In this document: piece after piece, positions 18,301 to 30,300 of the stretch | How the letters are laid out: each line of letters begins with the position of its first letter | How positions within the stretch are numbered: the first letter of the stretch is position 1 | Assembly (NCBI GenBank): GCA_964590575.1 | Contig: CAZPWM010000013.1 | Location: 1-51,153 of the forward strand | Direction of reading: 5' to 3' | DNA length: 51,153 nt | Source of the DNA: an uncultured archaeon | Lineage (GTDB): Archaea; Asgardarchaeota; Thorarchaeia; Thorarchaeales; Thorarchaeaceae | Program-made: the position numbers and the translations under genes | The notes under the pieces: model-generated | The model's database searches: none | What the model was told of the DNA's origin: nothing | What the model saw: the letters and a program-made list of their open reading frames with translations, nothing else

Positions 18301-21300
18301 AAAATCCCGACGAAGTTTGGCGTGCAGATTATGCAGGTGTCTGGCATCTTGGCGAATTAAGTGGTAGCGCTATTGATTCCACTTCCTTTGGTATATCCGG
18401 CTCAGTCAGTGCAGGAGTCACCAGAAATCAAGTAGGCATCGCTGGAAGTTGCTACGAATTCAATGGCGCAAACGGGAATGTCAACTTTGGAAATCCATCT
18501 GATGGTCATCTTGATTATGGAGAGAACGCCTTTTCCTTTAGTCTATGGGTCCGTGTAGACCAAAGCACAGGAAACTATCAGCTCCCCTTGTTCAAAGGAG
18601 GTACTACAACGTCTGATGCAGGATATGAGATTGAAAGCAATGTAGTAGGATCAAATCTGAAAGCTGAAGTCTCAGATGGGGCAATACAAGTAATCTCAGA
18701 CTCAACTCCTGTAACTTTTGGGCAATGGCTTTACCTAGTAGCTGTTGTGGATGTTGCGGCAAGCCTTCTCAGATTCTATAGCAACGGTGCTTTAGTGGGC
18801 TCATCGATGGACATTAGTTCGTTGGGTGATGTGAGTAACTCTCAGAATTTTCAGTTATCCCCCCTGTTATATCCGGTTGATGGTGCAATTGACGAACTTC
18901 GAGTGATGAGTAAAGCACTTACAGCAAGTTGGATTCTTACGGAGTATAATAATCAACTAAATCCGTCTAACTTCTATAACATAGGAAGTGAACAAGAAGT
19001 CATAATTCCTAAAGAAGTCCCCCTTGGATTCATGTACCAGAAAGTAATCAGCATAGACCATAACATGGTGGATGCAGACCTCTCTGGATTTCCAGTTCTT
19101 ATTGATATGTATGATACTGACCTTCGAACTGATGTTCAGGTTGATGGCGATGATATCCTATTTGTAAAGGATGGGTGGATACTACCACACGAAATCGAAC
19201 TATTTGACCAATCGTATAACTCCTCACATGGACATCTCATTGCATGGGTAAGAACAGACCTCTCTTCTACGTTTGATACAATTTTGTCAATGTACTATGG
19301 AAACCCTAGTTCAGAAAAGCAAGAGAATCCAGAAGGAGTTTGGGATACTTCCTTTGCCGCAGTCTGGCATCTTAGCGAAGATCCAGCTAGTGCAGTTTAT
19401 GATAGCACTGCAAACAGCAACGAGGGCATAGGGCTTTCAAGCGGCTCTGAACCCACCCTTCAGACAGGAAAAATATACGAATGCATTGAGTTCTTTGGAG
19501 AAGCTACTAACGACCGAATTCAGGTGGCTCACTCTTCATCTCTTGTGCTCCAAACTAATATCATGGTAGAAGCATGGATACGTACAAACAATACTGATTC
19601 AACATCAGACGCAATTCTCGCCAAATGGGGAGATGTAGGTCATAGAAACTATTGGCTGGGCAAGTTCGATGGGTCAACTCTCGCATTTTATGTTGACAAC
19701 ATGCAGAGTGTTACTGCATCACTGAGCTATGTAAATGATGGCGACTGGCATCATGTCGTGGGTGTGGCGAATTCAGGAACAGGTAACTTGCTTCTGTATA
19801 TTGATGGGATTGAACGTGGAAATGCAGCCTACAGTGGGTCAACACAAACTGGAACCTCAGTCCTTCATATTGCTAACAATCCGGGCTCGGTTGGGTTCAT
19901 TCAGGAATGGGATGGTCGAATAGATGAAGTGCGTGTTTCAAGCTCATCTAGGAGTTCTGGTTGGATTTCAACAGAATTCAAGAATCAGTATAATCCAACC
20001 AGTTTCTATTCAATCGGATCAGAAGTACCTGTTCAACCTGTTAGGTTATCATATAAGAAAGATATAGTGGTCGATCACACTAAGGTCGTAGCGGACCTGA
20101 CAGGCTTCCCACTTCTCATTGATATCTTTGATAGTGATCTTAAGACGAGGACTCAGCTAGATGGAGATGATATTATCTTTAAATCAGGGGCGTCACTGTT
20201 ACCACATGAAATTGAACTCTTTGATCCTGATTACAACTCCACGCATGCCCATCTTGTCGTATGGGTCAAGATTGATCTATCATCAACTGTAGACACTTAC
20301 GTCACAATGTACTATGGCAACTCAGAAGCGACCAACCAAGAAAATCCTGCAGGAGTATGGGATGACAATTATATTGGAGTGTGGCACTTGGGAGAAACCA
20401 CCGGTGGTAGCAACTCAATCAAAGATTCAACATCACAGGCTAACCATGGCACTGACTTTGGCGGTCCTACATTTGGAGTTAATGGGGCAATTGGAAATGC
20501 CATCGGATTCGATAGTAGCCCTTACATCCAGATCCAAGATAGTGTTAGTCTGGACTCAATAGCAACCGGAATCACAATTTCGGTTTGGACTCAAGCAGAT
20601 CCATACGTATGGGAAATACCAGTACTTGCAAAAGGAGGGGAGGATACTGGTGCATTCTCTCTATTTTATTACCGTTCAAGTGGTACGAACGACATATGCT
20701 ATAACTTGGACGGGGTTTCTAGCGGACCTCAGCATACTGGAGAACCCGTAACAAGGACTGGATGGATGCATGTTGTTCTTACCTATGATGGACTCTACCT
20801 AAAAGTCTACAAAAACGGCGCTCTAGCATCTTCACAGCTTATTCCTTCTACCCCATCAATCATCAGTAATAACGAGCCCTTGTATATCGGGTATGAATCG
20901 GACTATGATGATGATTTCTTGGGCATTATCGATGAAGCAAGACTTTCAGCCTCTGCCAAGCCAGAAGATTGGATACTAACAGAATACAATAACCAATACA
21001 ATCCAAGCTCCTTCTATTCCATTGGATTGGAGGAACAAATCAGTGACAATGGATACATCTTCACTACAAGTTCTGAATCTAGTGTAACAATTGGAGCTAA
21101 GCTTTCACTAGGAGTTCAGACCTCTGCACATAGCTATGCAGATGATTTTACTTTAGGCACATCATTCTCAATAGAAAATAGTACCCTACCAATTTGGACT
21201 GCAGGTGTGTTGGTTTCTCCGCCACCTGAAATAACGGCGCTATCATTCGAGATTTCCTATCCAGAGGGTGAATGGTGGCCATTTTCTGTCAAGAGTCCTT

Positions 21301-24300
21301 CAGGTGCAGAGAAGGGATTTGCTACGGACTGGACATGTTTTGATGGAAGACTAATTGTGGGATCAGATGCAATAGACGAATATGGTATGTGGCAGATACA
21401 ATTCCTGGACAGGAACCATGTTCTTGACACACAAATGGGTCCAACTGGAGGGCCCTATTCATCCACCGACCAGTTCACAATTGGCGAAGACATCCAGTTC
21501 CGGGTCTGGAGTTCTGGAACTATAGGGTCTACAATCTCTCTTGAGTTGACAGACCCATCAGGCTCTTCGTGGTATACGGGATCTACAACATTTCAAGGAC
21601 AGAGATTCACGCTACCATACTACCACAGAAAGTATCTAACAATTAGTCATGAAAATGTTGCTGAAGACCTTGGTAACTTTCCAGTACTTGTTAACATATA
21701 TGACTCTGACCTTCGTACAGATGTTCGTTCCGATGGTAGAGATATCGCCTTCGCGATTGGTGAAGAAACACTCTCGCACGAGATAGAACTTTTCGACCAG
21801 ACATACAACCTAACTCATGCTCATCTTGTGGCATGGGTAAATGTGCCAGTGCTCTCAGGTTCGACTGACACCGTAATTAGTATGTATTATAGTAATCCTT
21901 TGGCTCCAATAGTATATGATTCTGGACCAGTTTGGGATTCTGGTTATTTGGGAGTCTGGCATCTAGCGGAAAGTGGAACTGGAGCACCAGACGAGTATCT
22001 AGACAGCAGCCAGTACAAGAACCATGGGCAAGGTGGAGAAGGAAACAGCTCATTCGTTCCAACTCAGGTCTCCGGCAAGATTGGCTCTGGTCAGGACTTC
22101 AACAATCTAGACGGGTATTATGATCTTATCGACTGCGGTGATAGTCCTCTATGGGATATTGATGGGTATCAGATAACTCTCGAAGCATGGATTCAGCATG
22201 ATATCACTCCCAATAATCATGTCTATGGGATTATGAATCACAAGGGATGGTATGATGGGTATGCTTTGTACATCAATTACGGAGGTGGCTCAACCCTAAA
22301 ACCAACCTTTAGTCTTCCAGGTGAAACTCATCAACTAGTAGGAGCCAATGATGTAACGGGTAGTTCTTGGCACCACATTGTTGCAACGTACGATGGGTCA
22401 CTGATGAGGATCTATGTGGATGGTGTTCAGGATCCAAATGTTTTGGTGAAGACAGATGCGATAAAACCTTCAGCATACGAGAAGGATTTCTGGATAGGAC
22501 ACGGAGACCAGCCAAAGGATAAAGCTTGGAGTGCTGAATGGGAGGGCCAGATTGACGAGGTGCGTATTTCTGATGTTTTACGATCAGTAGGTTGGATTCA
22601 GACAGAGTTTGAGAACCAATATAATCCAAGTAGTTTCTACTCGGTTGGAGCAGAAGAAACTATAGGGTATTCAGAGTCTGCTTCCATCAATTTGGATACT
22701 TCAGCTCCTGCAGGAGTCTGGCGTGCAACAGCTCGATACAGTGATGGTAGTTCTTATGTGAGTCATAGAGTGGGCATGTTTGCTAGGAGCTTTATCGTGA
22801 AGCGTGGAACTTCATTAAGCCTCACCGCACCTGGAGATGCTATAGCAGATGGTATTTCAACCAAACTTGTTGGTGAGCAACTCTATGTTGAATTTGAGCT
22901 AGAAGATGCATTGAATGCGGCATTGGTGAGTGGAGCAACAGTATACATGAACTGGAGTGTTAGTGGTGTGCCCACGGAAGTCCAGCTCAACGATTATGGA
23001 GATGGGAGATATGGTAAGACTTTCAATACGTCTGATCTGGGAAGTTATGGAAGATGGCGACTAGACCTTGAAGCGTCGCACCAGTTTTATACTAATGCAA
23101 CAGATTTCTTCTATTTGGATCTCTCTCATAGGACTTTTCTGACCTACGAACCTCCACTTGACGCACCGTATGGAGATAATTTTGAAATCAGATTGACGTT
23201 AAAGGACCAGCTTGATAATGCACCTCTGACAGGCGCATCTATCTCATGCAATGCAACAATTCTAGGAATACCAACTGACTATGGAAATGGCACGTACTTG
23301 GTGACGGTTGATAGTTTAGGGTTCTCTATTGGAGAGTATACATTTAGGTTCACAGCCACGCCAAGCACTTCATACCTCCTGAGTAGCAATATTGATGTTC
23401 AGTTTAGTTACCGACCCATTGCTACTGATGCGACACCTCTTAGTCCTGATTCTGTTGAAGCACCATGGGGTCAGCAAGCCAATACAAGCATATACTGGTA
23501 TGATGTCGATCACGCAGGAATTGGAGTAGAGGGCGGTTCATTGAACATCTCTCCATTTGTCCAGACTCAGACTTTTGAGGGAGGCGGCGGTTTCTATGAT
23601 GTAATAATCGATGTCAGTTCCTTTACACCTGGAACCCACTTCTTCAACCTAACATGGTCAAAACTGAACTATCAATCATTAATAACCACCATAAGCGTCA
23701 CAATTCTTGCACATAGAACAACACTCAGTGTAGAGTATAACTCAACTATCCCTGTTGGGACTGATGCTTACTTTGATGTTTCTTGGTTGGATTTGAATCT
23801 TGACTCAAGTGCAGTCAATAGCGGTAATCTAAGTCAGGTAAATTTGGATTGGGGTATAGGAAGCGCAAGTTCCCTTACTCTTGGATTCTGGTTGGATACC
23901 AGTAGTTGGTCGATTGGTTCGTACTCAATTAACGTGACAATAAGCGCAACAGATTCTCCAAGATTCTACATGGATTCTTACATTTTGATTAACCTTGAGG
24001 TCCGAAAATTAAATGTATACTTGAGTTGGGATCCTCTTGAGCCATTTCCTAATGGAAACGACTTCGTGATGTTTATCCATGTGAATGTAAGCGAACCGGG
24101 TGGTTCAATCGATGGCACACCCATTACGGGGCTTGATCAGACCTATTTTAGTGCGAGAAATGAAACGGGCGGACTCTACACCTTCGAGAGCTTCACAAAC
24201 CTCGGAAATGGACTCTATCAACTCACCATTGACAGCACAAGGTTCTTAGAAGGACAGTATAAGATCATTGTTTTTGTTGATTTCCTACCAGCAGAAAACT

Positions 24301-27300
24301 ATAGAGATACTAATACTCCTCAAATTCAATTTACGTATCGTCCAATTCTGACATATCTATCATCTCCAGACTATCCGACAGTGACAACTAGTTTTGACAC
24401 AAATGTCACAATCACACTCTCATATGTTGATATTGATCATGTTCAGAATATTACTATCGGTATAATCACCTCAGGGGGAGCATCGATTGTCTGGCAACAC
24501 ATGGGTAGTGGAGTATATGAGGTTCTGATAATTGTCCAGGGATGGGACCTTGGAGCTCATGAAGTGAATCTAACAGCAGATGCAAGTGGTTACCAGGCGA
24601 AGACACTGACTTTTCAGATTCTCGTTCAAATTGCATATGCATATGCTAGGTCTTCAGTTTCTATAATCGATTTGCCAGTTGGGGATACCGCAGTCTTTTA
24701 CGCAGACTACTGGGACATCACACATGATGATCCCATTCTCGGAGCAACTGTCAATCATAACTGGACCTATTCTTTGAGTATTAGTTGGACCGGTGACCAA
24801 TATAGAATCGAACTGCCAAGTAAAGACACAGACGCACTGGGTTCCTACTTGATTATCTTCAACTTTTCAAAGGGGTCCAACTATCAATTTGGATACTTCA
24901 ACATAAGCATCATTCTAAGGACTCATTTAACCGAGTTTAGACTTGCGAGTGCTGTTGAACCTACAAGCTATAATGCCATGGTCAACATATCGATATATTG
25001 TGGCGATCTCGATAATGATGCCGGAATTATTGATGCTCCGGTTAATCTGTCAATATACGGTGACTCAGGATGGATTCTTGCAACCTTTGAAAATGACTCA
25101 GCATTGGGAGATGGATACTATATTATTAGATTCGCAGCTACGAATTTGGGAATCTCTGGTATCTACCAACTCACCGTATATTTCAACTGGACAGGTCCTG
25201 TTCAGAAATACTACGACCGTTCAGTTACAGCATTTGTGAGTATAGTTGGAGAGGCATCAAATCTTGAGTTGATTGATTCATCTGAACCCACGCCATATCT
25301 AGGAAATCTGAGTTATACCTACCTCTATAGTGAACTTTACAGTGGAAATGGCATCTCTAACGTATCTGCTCCAGCAGGAAATGTGTTTATCTATGTAGAT
25401 TTTGTTGGCCAAGCATTCAGTCCGTCTCTGTTTACAATTACCGAGGATAGCGGAAATCCAGGTTATTATTCAATCGAGTTCAACAGCACGATATTTGAAC
25501 GACCAGGAGTATACACAATGATTGTATACGTGAATTGGTCGAAGGGGGTTGAGCCGGGTTATGGCAACTGGACTGATACTGTTTCAGTTCGTATCATTCC
25601 AAGAAGTACTGTGGTCAATTTGATTCCACCTGAAAGCACGCCCTATGGAGTCAATGCAACATTCTCTTTCTCATTTGATGACGTGGCAGAAAGCAGTACA
25701 TACAGAATTGCAAACAGTCCTCAGATGACAATCAGTATTGGGTTGCCAGATTATTCCATAACATATAACGAGTTCACAAGACAATTCCAAGTTTCCTTTA
25801 ACACTAGCATCTTAGGAGAACCTCTGGGAAGCCGACAGTTCACAATAAGTGTCACTTGGAGTGGATCCCCATACTATGCTAATGTGACTGGAAGACAAGT
25901 TATCATTAGTATTAGATTCCGTGAAACAGAATTTGATTATTCGACAGTTAGTCCAACAGCCTATGGTGACAATGTGACTCTGCGTTTCATGTTCACTGAT
26001 ATCACATTAGGAATATCGAAAGCAATCGAAGATGGATTAGTCACCCTATATAATGGCTCACAGGAAATCCCTGTATCTGAATACTCTTTCACGCCACTTG
26101 GAAATGGAGAGTATGATATCGAGCTGAGGACAACATACTTCACAAACCCAGGCACATATACAATTACAGTACAAATGAGTACAAGCCATTTCTACTATGC
26201 TTTAGTCACCGCCTCACGAACACTTAGCCTACAATATAGACTGACTGTCCTTCTTGTAGAGCCTGTGGCAGAGACCCCATACAACAACTCCCTTGAAGTA
26301 GTGTTCCATTATAGTGATCTACTGACTCTGACTGAAATTGACAATAGTTCAACACCAACAACAATTCGAATCCTAAATGGAAGTTCATGGCTCTTCAGTT
26401 CAGTATGGAGAGGCGCTTCAGAAGATTATCTTCTCACAGTCCTAACATATAATCAAAATCTTGAGATAAACAGGGATTATATTCTTTGGATCGAGGTTAG
26501 CTATCCGGACTCCTCGCCATTCTATCTGTCTGCTGAAGCATTTGTGTCATTCACTCTGCGAGAGCGAGCGACCAACCTGGAACTAACATCATCACCGGAA
26601 CCAACGCAATATCTAGAGAACATCAACTTCACAGTATATTATCAAGACTCGTTGTCCTTGGATGGGATCGCTGGAGCCACCATTACTCTAACAGTCGGTG
26701 GAGTGGACCTAGTTGAAGGAACCGACTACATACTACAAAGTCCAACAGAGGGTATCTATGAAATTTCACTCAACACAACCGCACTAGGACCAGCTGGGAC
26801 AACAATTAACCTAGGATTAGGAGCATCTTGGACCTCAAATGCACCATATTACTCGACTTCTACAATAAGTTTCACGCTCAGTGTTACGCAGAGAAACTCC
26901 ATTACTGAAATTTTGGCTTCGACAACGCAAGTCGAATTCCTTGAGAATGTCACGTTCACAATAATGTATGGTGATGAAACAACAGGACAAGTAATCCAGC
27001 TAAGCAAAGATCAGTTGCTGATATACAGCGAGGGGGTTCTATTACAAAGCAATGATTTCTCGATGAATTATTCAGGCTCCAGCTATGAGGTTTCTCTCAA
27101 CTCGTCAGTTTTGAATATTGGATTAGTCAGTAATTGGAATCTCACATTCTATATAAATTGGCAGAACAATGTTGCACCATACTATGCTGATGGTCGTGCA
27201 TCAGCTTGGGTAACCGTGGTCAACAGAGTCGGGATTGTAATCCGTGATGCAGCACCGACTGTTCCAATACATGACAACATGACCCTCAAGTTCACATATG

Positions 27301-30300
27301 TTGACAAATCAACAGGTGCAGGAATCGATGATGCAATCGTAATATTCGATTGTCTCAGTCCTAGTGGTCTTGTAGAGGGTGCAGATTTCTGGATCCTTCG
27401 AAACACTGGCAATTACTCAATCCTTGTTGACACTACAAGTCTTGGAAATACTGGCGCCTTTACTTTCTCTCTACGTCTTCTCTGGAACCCCACTCTAGCA
27501 CCATTTTATAGAAATACTACAACTATTTTCCTTCAGGGAACAGTCCGACTAATTCAGGTACAGCTTACGAATGAAGAGCCAGACCCATCTACTGTGCCAA
27601 TAAATGACAACGTTTCAGTCGTCCTGAACCTTCAAGATTTGGATCATGCAATTCCAATCATTGGAGCTGAGAGTTCATTCTCAGTGAGATACAAGACGAA
27701 TGAGTCCGGACCAGCAATATGGAGCATAACTCCGATTTCAATAGGAGTATATGAATTGGTCGTAGATTGTTCTGATGCAGGTGCAACAGGGACAAACGCA
27801 CTCATCATAGCCCTATCTTTCTCAGATTATCAGACAGTTGAGATACAGGTTCCATTTCAAATCAGACTCCGTCAGGGAGAACTGAATGAGGTTGCATCAC
27901 CAAGCACATTCCATGGCGAAGCAACATATGTTATAGTAGAGCTTATTGACAAAGATGCGAGTAACACACCCATCAGCGATGCTATTTTGATAATAACATG
28001 GCCAGACATTGGATATACGCCTGACTATACATCTCTTGGAAATGGTTCATACATAATAAATCTGACAACAACTAGTCTAGATGCAGGTCTCTATACACTA
28101 GTGGTTGGTGCTATGAAGAGTGGCTATTTCGTTTCGGACATTTCCGTCCCAGTTCAAATCAAAAGCATACCTACGGAACTTATTCTCCCTCAAACCATTC
28201 CAGATGTCTATTGGGGTGAAGATGTATCAATCTGGGTGATGTTCAACAACACTCGTGATAATAGTCTGATATCTGGAGCTATGCTTGTCTATCAGTTCGG
28301 TGTTCTGAACAACGTTCTGATTGAAGGTGCACCAGCAGGAAATTACTCATTTATTGTTGATACTGGTAATCTTGCAGTAGCTACCACTTATGTTGTATCA
28401 ATCACAGCCACACTCAAGAACTATGTCACAATTACAGGACAGGTAATAGTGAATGTCTTAAAATTACCGATCGCATTGACTGTTGTTAGTGAGGCACAAC
28501 AGGAGGTTTTCAAGGGCAGTCCTGTGAATATTACGGTCTACGTAAATAACACATATAATAATGTCCCATTGCTCGGAGCAACGGTCGAAGTTACTTGGAC
28601 GGCACAGGGAATCCAGACAATGATACTGTCTCCAGTCCTTGGCAAGAATGGATACTATGAAGGATTCATTGATACAAGCGACCTCTTTGTGGGAGACTAT
28701 GTCATCACGATAAGAACAGGCGGAGTGAATTATCTGTCTGTGGCAACCTCAGTAAGTATTAGAATTAAACAGATAGCCACAGTTCTTCTACTTGACGCTC
28801 TCACCTCATCTTATAGCACACAAACTTTCAACTGGACAGACACAATTCGAATTGGAGTATATGTACTTGCACCATCGCTGAATGAATCGTATCCATTATC
28901 AACAGGCTTGCCTAACTGCACTGTGCTATGGTCACTTTCAGGAACATCATTTACAGGTGAATTCCTGAACGGAACATCAATTGGCGGACCAGGATATTTC
29001 TACTTTGATTTTGAAACATGGGACTATAGTGCAACTACTTACACACTAAGAATCACGGCATATCCCAATATTGGAATGTTTGCTTATTCAAGTAATCTTA
29101 CCACACTGATCATCGAACCAATTGAAACGTCAGTGGAGTCTTCGTACCTGAGTCCTAAAATTTGGGGTTGGTCAGGCTGGGTGAATCTTACTTATTGGGA
29201 CCTCCTATTTGATAGAGGCATAGCTGGTGCCAATATAGTTGTAGATTGGGATGGCGTTGAGAGCATATTCCGACATATTGGAAATGGGACATATCAGATA
29301 TTCATAAACGCATCATTAGTGAGCCCAGGGATTTATCCGGTTTCTGTTCGTTTTCTGATGGACAACTACAAGAGTGGCACTGGAGTCTTCACACTCACTG
29401 TAAGAGAGGTTCCAACAAGTATCAACGTATTTGCACCCACAATAAATCAGATTCATGGCGATGTTCTGAATTTGGAGGTGCCATATGGTGACATACTTCC
29501 ATTAGAGCTGTTCTATAATGACACATGGTACAACAGGGGCATCCCTGGTGCGACCGAGATGACCGGCGTGATTCTTGGCTCTACGGTCCCAGGCACGAAT
29601 TATCTCCTTATTGAAGAACTAGCATATGGAAATTACAGCCTATTGCTAGATACAACACATTGGGAAGTAAGTCCAATCCCATACAAAGTGGTTGTAAGCT
29701 TCTATCTTGCCAACTGGAGTAGGGCAACAATCAATATTCATATCACAATCATAGATGTTCCAACTGCTCTCCAAATCGATGGACTATCTCTGAGTATGAG
29801 CTATGGACAAGTATACAGTATCTGGGTATTCTATTTCGATAATTGGACCGGTCATGCAGGCGAAGGAATAGCAGGAGGTTCAATAAATGCTACGAGTTTA
29901 GATCCTCGCTATGTAATTGTGTCACTAAACCAATCTGATCCTTCTAGACCGGGGTGGTATGAAATCAGAGTGCTTTCTCAAAGAACCCAGGGATCAGCAA
30001 TTGTTTCAATTATCCTTTCAAAAGAGAATTACGAGTCCTCTAGCGCATATATCGCAATTTCAGTGGAACCATCTGAATTTGATATACTTCTTGAACGGGC
30101 TATGATATACGGGATTCCCATTGGACTAATTTTACTAGTTGGAGCAGTATTATGGACTCGACTATTCAGTGTACCGAAACGATTACGAGAGCTAAGAGGG
30201 ATGGTAAAGACCATCAGTAAAGGCAAGATTCCGAAACCTCCAGATAATGTTCCTAGTAGGCAAGAGATTGTCGCAGGCTTATTCAATGAAATTGCAGAAC

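Noticed and set aside
16942-22655. Diversity-generating retroelement or CRISPR-like explanation for the repeats
   Set aside because: Repeats are ~1-kb protein-level duplications with general divergence. No adenine-specific template/variable pair, reverse transcriptase or short spaced repeats were seen.
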